Shown piece after piece: positions 7,257-16,424 of a stretch of 48,124 nt of DNA. The translations under genes and the position numbers were made by a program. The notes beneath the pieces are model-generated. The model saw only the letters and a program-made list of their open reading frames with translations. It searched no databases and had not been told where the DNA came from. This stretch comes from Candidatus Woesearchaeota archaeon (GTDB lineage: Archaea; Nanobdellota; Nanobdellia; Woesearchaeales; UBA583), in NCBI GenBank assembly GCA_041631255.1, contig JBFKKL010000001.1, forward strand, positions 1-48,124, given 5' to 3'. Within the stretch, counting starts at the first letter, position 1; each line of letters starts with the position of its first letter.

Positions 7257-10200
7257 TTAGTTGAAAAGGAATCTAGCATATTCCACAACGAAATACAACA
7301 CAACAGTTATAATTGCCCAAGATAAGATTCTAAGTCCTAACTCTACACCAAATCCTTGTTGAGGTGCAAACCTTCTAAAATTACCGATAGGTAAGAGAGT
7401 AATCATTGTGATAAACGATAAAACTCCTGTCGCACCACCAACTGTATTTATTTTTTGTAGGAACTTTTCAATTGAATTAGTAGGAGTTTTCTCTAATTTC
7501 ATAAATAAGATTTTATCAAAACTCTCTTCAAATAAATTTAATAGCGTTTTTCCTTCAAATTGTTCAGTGAAACTTCCTGTAGTTCCTTGAACAATTGTGA
7601 TTTCAATTGGTAACACAACATTCTTACATTTTTTAGTAGTAATAATTAATTGTCCTGTTGCACTACCAACATTCAATTGGAACGTGTTTAATCTAACACC
7701 TAGATTAGTAAAACTATTCGCACCTAAGAAAGACACAACATTCGCCATTTGCAAGTTATCAAATATATCTTTATCTCCTTCAATGAAATGCAGATTGAAT
7801 TCAGGGTCAATTTGAAAGGATTCCCTATTAGTCAAAGTGAAAGGCACAAACAAATTAGCGTCATTAAATTCAAGTTCAATAGGATTCGTTGTAATATCAC
7901 ATTTATCTTTATCGGCATCATCAAATTCAACAACAGTTAAAGGAGTAGGACTAGCACCGCCACCACCTCCGCCACCACCTCCGACAGAGACAGGAACTGT
8001 TGTTGTATAAGTTATATCGAATGTTTCAGATTGGAAACTTGATTTAGTGAATGATAAGTCCAAGAAATTTGAATTATCTGTAGCAGTATGGGCAACAGAA
8101 CCTGAACTATTCCAATTATTTTTAGTATTCCAATTAGGCATATAAGTCGAAGTAGGAATTGAATGTTCTATTGTTCTTGACCCTGAAAGTGCCCCGAAAT
8201 TTGAATCATATTGTATATCAGGATTAAATTGCCATTCCAAATTATCTCCTACAATTGTTGATTGGGCAGTTGCAATAGTTACAGCAACAACAGTTGCATT
8301 ATAACTGAACCTATAAGTTTCAGTAGTACTCGCAGAGATATTGTTCAATGTGAAAGATATATTACCGCCTGACACTGAGGAGTTCAAAGTTTCAAAAGAA
8401 GAACCATTATAGTATTCGGCTAAATCACTATTAACATATTCATTAATTGCAAAATTAAGAGTTATTGGACTAAGTGCAAATGCATAAGTATTATTGTAAG
8501 TAATATTTTTCAATACATTGTAATCTTGATTAGCCTGAAGAGTTGTTGAAGGGATACTGAATGAACTATCTTCTATCAAAATATCAACAGTCGCAGATTT
8601 ACTTTGCAAATTAGAACCAACATTAACATCAATAACTTTAGTTGAATCAACAGCACTTACGCTCCAAGAGATATTTGTAAAATTTGAACTCAAAGAGTTA
8701 GTTATAGTGTAATTAAATATTCCATACTGTTCATCTAAAGTATGATTTTTTGTTGTATTCCAATCAAAATAATCAGTAGAGATAGTGAATAAATTATAGA
8801 CAGCAGTAACTCCATAATTAGTGTCAGTATCATAAACATATCCTTCAACAGTTTGTGCACTAGAACTCAATGAAGTTGTAAAGTTTATTGAACAGGAGTT
8901 ACCTGTAAGAGTACCATTGGTTAGAGTACTACCAACTTTCGCCTGACAATAATCTAGAGTCTGATTAGCAGTTTGAACAACATCAAAAGCAATATTCAAT
9001 GTCTGATTACCATTAAGCAGATTCAATAATGTGATTGATTCATTCTGAACTTCAATATTAGAAGTTGCCGATGAAACAGTTTGACTAGTATAAGTAGGTG
9101 TGAAATCAATACTATTTTCCATATAAGGAGTAGTTGTAGTATTACCTGAAAAATCATACCTTATACTAATATTACTGCCTTCAGGAATAAATAACTCTAC
9201 AACTCCTGAAGATAGAGAATATTCAGTAGAATTATAAATTAGAACTCCACTAATATTGTGACCGTTTAGAGTGATATTATCAGCAACTGTAAATTTATTA
9301 AAATCTTGTTGAGTTACATAATCTTGTGTCAAAGTGATGTTACCTGAAGTGAAATAATCTCCGTCACAAGTCATGGAAGTGTATTGCCAATCTGAATTTG
9401 CAAGACTCCAAGAACCTGAAGAATAGATATACCTATTTTGGAATGGGTGTCCACTACTAAGAGAATGAGTTACTCTAGCAGTACCATAAGTTTCTTGACA
9501 CCATTGTTCAGGTGTGGCAGTCCACCAAGTACTTGTTCCTGAACCCATATAATATCCCGAACGCTGAGGATTACTTACTTGAGTTTCATTTTTTATTAGT
9601 TGAATATTCCCTCCTGACAATTCAGTCTGATTATTGGTAAAATTAGTATTAGTGTAAGTAGTCAATAATTCCAAAGAAGAATTTGAATTATTAGTTGCTA
9701 AAGAGTTATTATAATAAACATTAAAAGTATTATCAACACCTCCTGTTGCATTCAATTGAACATAGAAAATACTTTCACCTGTATTATTCCAAGAAACAAT
9801 CCTGTAATTCAATTCATTAGTATCAGTAGAATCAACAAACCTAATATCTCCTCCATCAGATTTAGCATAAGAATAATTGAAATTTGTAGTATTAAGAACA
9901 AATCTATATACAAAATTTTCATTTGAAGTTTGGATTCCATCAACAGTCACAGTCCTCTTCAATTTCCAACTATTATTCCAATAAGGGTCTTGATAAATAA
10001 ATTGGTCTGCTAAAATTGCATTGTTTAAAGAGGTAGATGAAGGTTTGGCAAAAATATGAAATTTACCGTTTTGAGATTTATTCTGAGGAGTGAATTTAAA
10101 TTTAACATTATATGTTTTATTTGGTTGTAGAGTAATATCTTGAGCAGAATAATAATCATAATTTAAACCTCTAAAATTATTACCTAGATAATTGAATTTA

Positions 10201-10790
10201 TTATTGACATTAACCCAATCAAATTTAGAAGTTGTCTGTTCTACAATTTCTGTTGTATATTCAGTAACATTAAGAGTATAGATATTAGAATCTAATGTTA
10301 GAACATCAAACAATTGAAAATCTATCACTTCGTTAATTATTAAATTTTCAGCAATAATTTCACCATCCGAAACAATACTTGTTAAATCATCACTAAAAGA
10401 ATGTAAATAATCAACATTTCTATATTCTTTAATAGAAGTTGTTGATGTAGTTTGAGTGATATTAATTTTAGAAGAAACATTTTTGAAAAGTTCAACACCT
10501 CCTTTCTCGATTTGACCTTCATAAACAAAAATAAAATCAGCAGTTAATGGATTTCCACCTTTCCATTCAAAATCAATATTTTGTTCAATATTCTGCCCAT
10601 CTATATCCTCATTATAACAATTGTGAGTAGTAATAATGAAGTTATTTTTTTCAGTAATACATTGATTAGTTGTTGAATTGTAAACTGTTGGGTCATCCAA
10701 TCCAAAAGGGTTAGCGTTAACAACAACCATTGAAAACAGTACCATTAAGAAGAACCATAATGCTTTTCCGATTTTATTTTTATTTACCAT
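7257..10790 (-). CDS. Giant surface glycoprotein (1177 aa) with a DUF2341-like domain, a poly-Gly hinge and a C-terminal membrane domain
   Basis: Signal anchor. DGGDIRFVDSTDTNELNYRIVSWNNTGESIFYVQLN...FNVYYNNS resembles DUF2341. G9 tract. Very many N-x-S/T sequons. C-terminal TM helices. Confidence 0.7.
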   Translation of the reverse strand: MVNKNKIGKALWFFLMVLFSMVVVNANPFGLDDPTVYNSTTNQCITEKNNFIITTHNCYNEDIDGQNIEQNIDFEWKGGNPLTADFIFVYEGQIEKGGVELFKNVSSKINITQTTSTTSIKEYRNVDYLHSFSDDLTSIVSDGEIIAENLIINEVIDFQLFDVLTLDSNIYTLNVTEYTTEIVEQTTSKFDWVNVNNKFNYLGNNFRGLNYDYYSAQDITLQPNKTYNVKFKFTPQNKSQNGKFHIFAKPSSTSLNNAILADQFIYQDPYWNNSWKLKRTVTVDGIQTSNENFVYRFVLNTTNFNYSYAKSDGGDIRFVDSTDTNELNYRIVSWNNTGESIFYVQLNATGGVDNTFNVYYNNSLATNNSNSSLELLTTYTNTNFTNNQTELSGGNIQLIKNETQVSNPQRSGYYMGSGTSTWWTATPEQWCQETYGTARVTHSLSSGHPFQNRYIYSSGSWSLANSDWQYTSMTCDGDYFTSGNITLTQDYVTQQDFNKFTVADNITLNGHNISGVLIYNSTEYSLSSGVVELFIPEGSNISIRYDFSGNTTTTPYMENSIDFTPTYTSQTVSSATSNIEVQNESITLLNLLNGNQTLNIAFDVVQTANQTLDYCQAKVGSTLTNGTLTGNSCSINFTTSLSSSAQTVEGYVYDTDTNYGVTAVYNLFTISTDYFDWNTTKNHTLDEQYGIFNYTITNSLSSNFTNISWSVSAVDSTKVIDVNVGSNLQSKSATVDILIEDSSFSIPSTTLQANQDYNVLKNITYNNTYAFALSPITLNFAINEYVNSDLAEYYNGSSFETLNSSVSGGNISFTLNNISASTTETYRFSYNATVVAVTIATAQSTIVGDNLEWQFNPDIQYDSNFGALSGSRTIEHSIPTSTYMPNWNTKNNWNSSGSVAHTATDNSNFLDLSFTKSSFQSETFDITYTTTVPVSVGGGGGGGGGASPTPLTVVEFDDADKDKCDITTNPIELEFNDANLFVPFTLTNRESFQIDPEFNLHFIEGDKDIFDNLQMANVVSFLGANSFTNLGVRLNTFQLNVGSATGQLIITTKKCKNVVLPIEITIVQGTTGSFTEQFEGKTLLNLFEESFDKILFMKLEKTPTNSIEKFLQKINTVGGATGVLSFITMITLLPIGNFRRFAPQQGFGVELGLRILSWAIITVVLYFVVEYARFLFN

Positions 10791-10830
10791 ATTTATTTTA
10801 CATAATTTTATTATTTAAAAAAGAGAGTTT

Positions 10831-11799
10831 TTATTTTCTCTTTTTACTTGACAATCTATTTGTTACAATAACTGTCACAATAATCAAAACAACTACAATT
10901 CCAAAGATAAGTGGCATACTACTTCCTGCCTCTTGAGATTGTTGTTCAGTTAAAACAGTAGTTGACCTATCAACTTCATCAGTTCCTTCAGTTAGATAGT
11001 TAGTAACTGAAGTTAGAGTTTGAGATTCAGATTCTTCATTTGGCGTATCTTCTTGAACATCAATAACAATTTCTTCTTCATCAGTACTATCAGAAGTTAT
11101 TCCTGTAAGAACATAATCATCAAATAATTTAGGACTTGAAGTTAAACTCCCTGTAAGAACAAATTTCAAATCAATATTTTGCCCTTCAAAATCTTCGACA
11201 GGCAAGTTTTGAGATGTGATAGGGTATTCTTCGCCATTAAAGACAACAAAAACTCCAATAGTTCCACCGTTAAGTTGACTTCTATAATCTAATCTTAAAG
11301 ATTCGTAAGAAGTATTTATTTTAATATCTTTAACAAGAACTGTACCTTGTTCAACTAAGAAATTACCTGTAGGCAATTTACAATTAACAGTTACAGCAAC
11401 ATCTTCATCGTACCCATCACTTCTCCATTTACCACCATTAAAGTAATATCTAACACCATCATCAATCTGACCGTTAGAAACAAAAGTTCCTCCGTAAGCC
11501 TGACAAAAAGTTATTCCTCCTCCTGTATAAGGATTATCATTAACATATGCACCCGAAGGCACACCTTCACTTCCACCTAAAGTCAATAATGTCTGTGAGT
11601 TACTATTCCATTGAGTATTATATTCTTTCTCTTGAAATTCTTTTTCTAAAGTATAATAATTCTGAGTTTTCTCAGCACCTTGCAATTCAACAGGATTCCC
11701 ACTAGAAATTAAGTTAAAAGATTGTGTCAATATAGCACCAACACCTAAAACCATAATTAATAAGAAGATTCCTAATTTTCTTTTATTTTTTTTGTTCAT
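10831..11799 (-). CDS. Surface protein with N-terminal signal anchor and C-terminal TM plus KKRK tail
   Basis: LGIFLLIMVLGVGAIL at the N-terminus, PLIFGIVVVLIIVTVIVTNRLSSKKRK at the C-terminus, and an acidic Ser/Thr linker. Confidence 0.65.
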   Translation of the reverse strand: MNKKNKRKLGIFLLIMVLGVGAILTQSFNLISSGNPVELQGAEKTQNYYTLEKEFQEKEYNTQWNSNSQTLLTLGGSEGVPSGAYVNDNPYTGGGITFCQAYGGTFVSNGQIDDGVRYYFNGGKWRSDGYDEDVAVTVNCKLPTGNFLVEQGTVLVKDIKINTSYESLRLDYRSQLNGGTIGVFVVFNGEEYPITSQNLPVEDFEGQNIDLKFVLTGSLTSSPKLFDDYVLTGITSDSTDEEEIVIDVQEDTPNEESESQTLTSVTNYLTEGTDEVDRSTTVLTEQQSQEAGSSMPLIFGIVVVLIIVTVIVTNRLSSKKRK

Positions 11800-11808
11800 T
11801 TTCTTTTT

Positions 11809-12267
11809 TTAAGCCTCCAATTTATTTAAACAACTTCCGAACTTGAGAACATCCCAAACAGGAATTTTCATATCAAAAGCATATTCAAGTCTATCAAATA
11901 GACCCATCGTCTTATAATTTTTTAGTAAATGTTCAACATTTTCTCTGTTAATGTTAATTGACGTATCCACATCAACACCCGAAGGTTCTTGAGTTTCTTC
12001 AATTGAGACAAGTTTATTGTCCGAAAACTTTAATACTGCATGTACTGTGTTTTCTCCTTCAGTATAACTTACTAGGATAGATTCATATTTAGATGCAATA
12101 CAAGAAGTTACAGCATAATTATTCGCTGAAACCACTATCCAATCATAGTCATAACCTAAAGAGGTTGATGAGTCATGCTTAGTGAAATCAATCACACTAA
12201 CAGCACTTACACCTGACACAAACACCATTGTTAAGATTAGCATTAAAGTTTTTCGAACAGTATCCAT
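11809..12267 (-). CDS. Secreted hypothetical protein
   Basis: N-terminal signal-like LMLILTMVFVSGVSA. Confidence 0.6.
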   Translation of the reverse strand: MDTVRKTLMLILTMVFVSGVSAVSVIDFTKHDSSTSLGYDYDWIVVSANNYAVTSCIASKYESILVSYTEGENTVHAVLKFSDNKLVSIEETQEPSGVDVDTSININRENVEHLLKNYKTMGLFDRLEYAFDMKIPVWDVLKFGSCLNKLEA

Positions 12268-12268
12268 T

Positions 12269-12580
12269 TTATTTAAACCCCAACCAAACCAATATATTTA
12301 AATGGTTTATAACAACAATTGCTGACACAATTGACACAATCACAATTGAAATTCCAATATTTCTGTACAATTCAGATTTATTTTTACTTGATTTAATAAA
12401 ATAGTACTGTGGAAAAAACGCCAACAATTCAATAACAAGTATAGACATAAATGTTTGAAGTGTGGTTGCTATTTGGTTATAGAACACATTAAATTGTAGT
12501 GCAATAACTGCAAAAACAAAATTATAGAGTACTATAACAAATGCCAATAATCCTTTTTGTTCATTAGTTTTTATTTTCAT
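12269..12580 (-). CDS. Small multi-TM membrane protein
   Basis: 103 aa, three hydrophobic segments, tightly packed in the operon. Confidence 0.6.
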   Translation of the reverse strand: MKIKTNEQKGLLAFVIVLYNFVFAVIALQFNVFYNQIATTLQTFMSILVIELLAFFPQYYFIKSSKNKSELYRNIGISIVIVSIVSAIVVINHLNILVWLGFK

Positions 12581-12861
12581 TTTCTTTTTTTACCTCCTTT
12601 AGTAGAGTTCTTTTCATCTGTCATAACGAAGATGAACAATGCTACAAGCACTCCAACTACAAACATTATTTTTGTATCAGAGACAATATAGTCAATCAAT
12701 TTAGGTAAGAAAATTATAATTGCTAGAGCAGAAGTTATAATCCACATTAGATTAGATATTTTATTTGGAAAATTGCTAATTATAATACTCTTAAAAGATA
12801 CCCATAACGATAATCCTAAAAAGATTACAAGTGCAACCCAAAGAAAAATATCTTGAATCAT
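12577..12861 (-). CDS. Small multi-TM membrane protein with a basic tail
   Basis: 94 aa, ends GGKKRK, ATGA-type overlaps on both sides. Confidence 0.6.
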   Translation of the reverse strand: MIQDIFLWVALVIFLGLSLWVSFKSIIISNFPNKISNLMWIITSALAIIIFLPKLIDYIVSDTKIMFVVGVLVALFIFVMTDEKNSTKGGKKRK

Positions 12862-14021
12862 TTTTTAGTCATCCTCCTTGCAAAGTATATCATACCTAAT
12901 CCAATAACTAATATCACAAGCCAAGAGTAATCTAAATCTTCATTTTCAGGAGCAGGTTGAACAGCACTACATTGACCTGTTGTTGTATCCCATAAAGGTT
13001 TATCACTAGGACAGGATTTCTGCACTTCAATACATTGATTAGTAACTTCAAGTTCTCCACTACTACAAGAGTATTTACATAATTGAGTTGAGTCGCCTTG
13101 AACAGGAGCATAATTTGTTATTGCACCACCAAATTCATCACAACTTTGTTTCTCAAGTTGAATTATCTTTGCATCATCACTACAACCTGTAGTTCTAGGA
13201 ATACACTCAATATTTGAACTAAACCTTTCACCTGCCGATGTATCAACAAATTTGAACCCATCTTCTGCCTCAGAAACTAAATAATAGTATTGAGGTCTAG
13301 TAATATAAATTGGTTTACCTCTTTCAACATCTTCTAAAGTAACAAGTTGATTTGAATAAGCCTGAGATAATCCTGATACAACATTCATTGGTACATTAGG
13401 TAAAATTTCAGTCCTACTTCCTGCATCAAGTGTATGGTATTTAACTTGGTTAATTGAATTAATCTCACAAGATAAAGTAGTTGGATTAACAAAACCATCT
13501 TGACTTCTAACTCTTAAACCATAAGCAGGATATTTAGCATAAAGGTCAGCATCACCAAACACTTTATCTGAATCAATGTAAATTGAATCTCCTGCATTCA
13601 CTCTAAAAACAGAACTTTCAGAACTTCCTGAAAAGAATCCTCTTTCTTTAGTACACATTGAAGAATCCAAATCGTCTTTAGTTGCATCAGTACCATCACA
13701 AATATAAGCAGTCAAAGTACCATAATTAGCAACACGATATTCACATTGTGCTCCTGAAACTAAAGGAACATAAGTTCCTGATTCACTTGAAGTACATTGA
13801 TAAAATCTTGGGTTATCAGTATGACTAGTGATTTGTTTTTCAGATAAATGTTCTGAACGAGTCACACATTCAGCAGTCCAATATTGAGGAATCCAAACAC
13901 TCTCTCCAAGCAATGAAAAAGATTGCCCACTAAAGAGACTAAAACCTTGTAACCCTCCAATTATTACCATAAACAATCCAACTAAACCTAATAAAGATAA
14001 AATTAATTTATTTTTTTTCAT
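12858..14021 (-). CDS. Cys-rich surface protein, C-terminal TM anchor
   Basis: Signal anchor, many Cys residues, C-terminal WLVILVIGLGMIYFARRMTKK. Confidence 0.65.
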   Translation of the reverse strand: MKKNKLILSLLGLVGLFMVIIGGLQGFSLFSGQSFSLLGESVWIPQYWTAECVTRSEHLSEKQITSHTDNPRFYQCTSSESGTYVPLVSGAQCEYRVANYGTLTAYICDGTDATKDDLDSSMCTKERGFFSGSSESSVFRVNAGDSIYIDSDKVFGDADLYAKYPAYGLRVRSQDGFVNPTTLSCEINSINQVKYHTLDAGSRTEILPNVPMNVVSGLSQAYSNQLVTLEDVERGKPIYITRPQYYYLVSEAEDGFKFVDTSAGERFSSNIECIPRTTGCSDDAKIIQLEKQSCDEFGGAITNYAPVQGDSTQLCKYSCSSGELEVTNQCIEVQKSCPSDKPLWDTTTGQCSAVQPAPENEDLDYSWLVILVIGLGMIYFARRMTKK

Positions 14022-15175
14022 TTTCTTCTACCCCCAATATAGATTACCATAATAACTAACATGAAAAACACTACAAGTACTTGTGGAGTATTATCTTCAA
14101 AGTAATCTGAGATACCTTGATTAGATAAAAGATTCTTGAAACTAAAATCACAATTAAAAGTTCCAACTTGTTCTTCATATGCCCTACAGAAACTTTCTTT
14201 AACAGGAGTTGTATCATCAAGTTCTTCATCAGCAACTAATGAAGTTATAGTACTTTCATCATCCCTATCTGAAACAATTTGGTCTTGAGGAGTTACTTGA
14301 TATTCACATCTACTTCTTGAATAATCCCAAGCACCTCCATTTTCCTCACAAAGTTCAGAGTTCTCTTGTCCATACTTACAAGACAAACTATCTGAGTTCC
14401 ATTGCCCTCCATTATCTTCACAAATTCTTCTTTCATCATCAAACACTTGTTCATCCGATTGAGAAGAACTTGAGGAACTTACATCTCGAGTTTCTTGAGT
14501 TAGTTCTCCTTGTTTTGCCTCTAAACAATATCTTTCTGTACCATAATCAACTCCATTCCCACCACTTTCTTCAAAATTTAAACATTCGCCATTGTATAGA
14601 TATTTTCTCTCAAATGTATCAGGAAAGATTTGAAGAGGTTCATAACAAGTATATGAATAATAAAAATCTAAACTATTAATAGGATAATTATCACTACCAA
14701 AATCTTGCCAATTTAAGTAATTTCCTTTATAGTGTACTTGCCATAATTGGTCGAATATATCAGCAATACAACTTCCTTTTTTGGAATTAGAGGAACAGAA
14801 TTTGAACCTAATCACTTCCCCCGTTTTACATTGTCCTCCTGCCTCTACATCTGAAAAAGGCACATGATGATAAACTTTAGGATTATCATATGTTTCGAAA
14901 TAGAAATTAGTTTGCACATTATCTACATCAACAAAATTCAATCCAAACAATCCTCGAGGATTAAGAATTTGTTTTCCTGTAAAAACAAACAATTCCGTAT
15001 TTGACACATAATCTTTATCAATTAGATAAGGTAAAGATTCTTCAGTAGCCACTTGAGAGCCTTTAGTAAAGAACATAAAGACTCCAACAACTAATGCAAT
15101 AATAAAGAGTCCTAATACAGTCCTCTCAATTTTTTTCCTTTTTATTTTTTGTAATGTTTTTCTTTTGACTGCCAT
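14018..15175 (-). CDS. Cys-rich surface protein with an internal C-E-x-NGG-x-W repeat, C-terminal TM anchor
   Basis: ICEDNGGQWNSDSLSCKY and LCEENGGAWDYSRSRCEY. Ser-rich linker. C-terminal VLVVFFMLVIMVIYIGGRRK. Confidence 0.65.
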   Translation of the reverse strand: MAVKRKTLQKIKRKKIERTVLGLFIIALVVGVFMFFTKGSQVATEESLPYLIDKDYVSNTELFVFTGKQILNPRGLFGLNFVDVDNVQTNFYFETYDNPKVYHHVPFSDVEAGGQCKTGEVIRFKFCSSNSKKGSCIADIFDQLWQVHYKGNYLNWQDFGSDNYPINSLDFYYSYTCYEPLQIFPDTFERKYLYNGECLNFEESGGNGVDYGTERYCLEAKQGELTQETRDVSSSSSSQSDEQVFDDERRICEDNGGQWNSDSLSCKYGQENSELCEENGGAWDYSRSRCEYQVTPQDQIVSDRDDESTITSLVADEELDDTTPVKESFCRAYEEQVGTFNCDFSFKNLLSNQGISDYFEDNTPQVLVVFFMLVIMVIYIGGRRK

Positions 15176-15185
15176 TTTTCCTTTT

Positions 15186-15737
15186 TTAGCCGAGCATATC
15201 TATCACAGGCGATTGTGAGATATTTGAAGTATTGTTTAGAGTTACATTTTCAGAAACTTGTTTAGCCCCTGAAAGCACAGAATCTGCACCACCTGAATAA
15301 TAGACAATTGCTGAAACAATCACAACCATAATAACAGTTGCCATTACTTTAACTAGTACTGAACTGTGTTCGCCTGTTCTCATATCAACAACATCGAGAA
15401 ACAATGTCACAGGTTGATACAAAACATAATAAGCACCTAGAGTAAATAATATCCCAAAAAACAAAGTACCATAATTATTTGTATTAATTGAAAAAGTTGC
15501 CAATTCAACAATAAATGTCCAAACACTAGCAAAGATAACAGCAAGACCTTCTTTATATGCAGGAATTAATGCAGTCCACCAAGATGCACCTTTTTGTCCT
15601 GCCAAATCTAAATAATAAATTAATTGTGTTATAGATAATGCAGTTATAGTAATTATCATAAAAACTATTTTCATAATTACGTTCGATGGTCTAAAGGCAT
15701 CTATTGCTGAACTGATTAATCCATTATTACTTGACAT
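15186..15737 (-). CDS. Polytopic membrane protein (183 aa from the ATG at 15737)
   Basis: The ATG at 15737 is preceded by AGAGGAG. About five TM segments. Confidence 0.6.
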   Translation of the reverse strand: MSSNNGLISSAIDAFRPSNVIMKIVFMIITITALSITQLIYYLDLAGQKGASWWTALIPAYKEGLAVIFASVWTFIVELATFSINTNNYGTLFFGILFTLGAYYVLYQPVTLFLDVVDMRTGEHSSVLVKVMATVIMVVIVSAIVYYSGGADSVLSGAKQVSENVTLNNTSNISQSPVIDMLG

Positions 15738-15738
15738 T

Positions 15739-15975
15739 TTATCTCCTCTTAGTTGCAACAGCAGTTTCTGTTGTAAATTTTTTCATATATATGGCAATAC
15801 CTGTAATTACAGCACCTGCCAAAGTAATCCATAAAGGATTCAAATTATAATATTTGGAAACTTCCAACAATCCAAAACCAAAAAGAATCGTACCTGACGC
15901 ACTTATCAAAAGCCAACCCCAAGTTTGAAACCAAGTTTGTTTTTTACCACTTCTTTTTCTATATCTATTAGCCAT
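15739..15975 (-). CDS. Small two-TM protein, first gene of the envelope operon (candidate major hydrophobic structural protein)
   Basis: 78 aa, basic N-terminus followed by two hydrophobic helices. The leaderless ATG lies about 28 nt from the TATA at 16000-16007. Confidence 0.55.
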   Translation of the reverse strand: MANRYRKRSGKKQTWFQTWGWLLISASGTILFGFGLLEVSKYYNLNPLWITLAGAVITGIAIYMKKFTTETAVATKRR

Positions 15976-15997
15976 ATGACATAAATTTCAATTTAGT

Positions 15998-16010
15998 GCT
16001 TTATAAACAA
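15998..16010 (-). promoter_or_regulatory. Divergent promoter, TTTATAAAGCAC read on the minus strand
   Basis: Palindromic TATA TTTATAAA at 16000-16007. It has the same TTTATAAAGCA core as 16214-16224. Confidence 0.65.
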
Positions 16011-16026
16011 ATTTTGGAAATAGTTA

Positions 16027-16213
16027 GGTTTCAATTTTGAAAACCTAAAAAATCACCTTTTCAAATCTGAAAATGTAAAAATCCAATGTTTCAATTTTGA
16101 AAATCCAAAAAAAGCACTTTTCAGTTTTGAAAAGTGAAAAAACTCAGGTTTCAGTTTTGAAAACCTAAAAAATCACCTTTTCAAATCTGAAAATGTAAAA
16201 ATCCAATGTTTAC
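16027..16213. repeat. Array of six TTTCA-N4-TGAAA inverted repeats at an exact 30-bp period (a 120-bp higher-order duplication)
   Basis: Half-site TTTCA at 16029, 16059, 16089, 16119, 16149 and 16179. 16027-16091 differs from 16147-16211 at 1 position in 65. Unit 4 has perfect 9-bp arms, CACTTTTCA/TGAAAAGTG. Confidence 0.9.
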
Positions 16214-16224
16214 TTTATAAAGCA
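16212..16224 (+). promoter_or_regulatory. Divergent promoter, TTTATAAAGCAT on the plus strand
   Basis: TATA at 16214-16221, which predicts a TSS near 16245 and a leader of about 180 nt before the ATG at 16425. Confidence 0.6.
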
Positions 16225-16244
16225 TAGAAATGAGAATTACTTAC

Positions 16245-16424
16245 CCATATTGTAGTGGGGGCGTTATTGTGCAGGAGTAAGAGTCGGCTCTCATCATTGC
16301 GAATGAGGTAATGACCGCACCTTTTCCATAAATTGAAAAAGGAGTCTCTGCCCGTACGGTACTCAGTCCTTTACAATTAAGATTGACAATATGAGTACTC
16401 AATTAAAAACATTTTTGAATAAAA
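16245..16424 (+). ncRNA. Candidate structured 5' leader or ncRNA (locally GC-rich non-coding segment)
   Basis: No ORF. GC is clearly above the surrounding sequence. Local stems include CTCAT-N8-ATGAG. Palindromes CCGTACGG and GAGTACTC. Confidence 0.35.

Noticed and set aside
7408-7940. Plus-strand ORFs 7408..7590, 7597..7815 and 7749..7940, and similar nested or antisense ORFs. These include 1169..1399, 2224..2415, 3946..4155, 6940..7188, 10730..10936, 14317..14679, 16867..17058, 19362..19607, 19950..20192, 20874..21095, 21502..21690, 23080..23283, 25300..25488, 26239..26466, 26881..27093 and 27416..27634. Also 27857..28174, 28966..29151, 29827..30015, 30352..30573, 30624..30812, 31195..31470, 33126..33479, 34270..34566, 37446..37879, 38120..38305, 38864..39064, 39361..39567, 40617..40820, 41181..41426, 41993..42193, 42601..42798, 45985..46251 and 46813..47058.
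   Set aside because: They lie inside, or antisense to, much longer ORFs that carry clear motifs or operon coupling. Their translations are low-complexity, as is typical of shadow frames in AT-rich DNA.
16027-16213. The 30-bp periodic repeat array could be a CRISPR array.
   Set aside because: The units are contiguous, with no unique spacers between them. Each unit is an AT-rich palindrome, the array has a 120-bp higher-order duplication, and no cas genes are present. It fits operators or iterons better.
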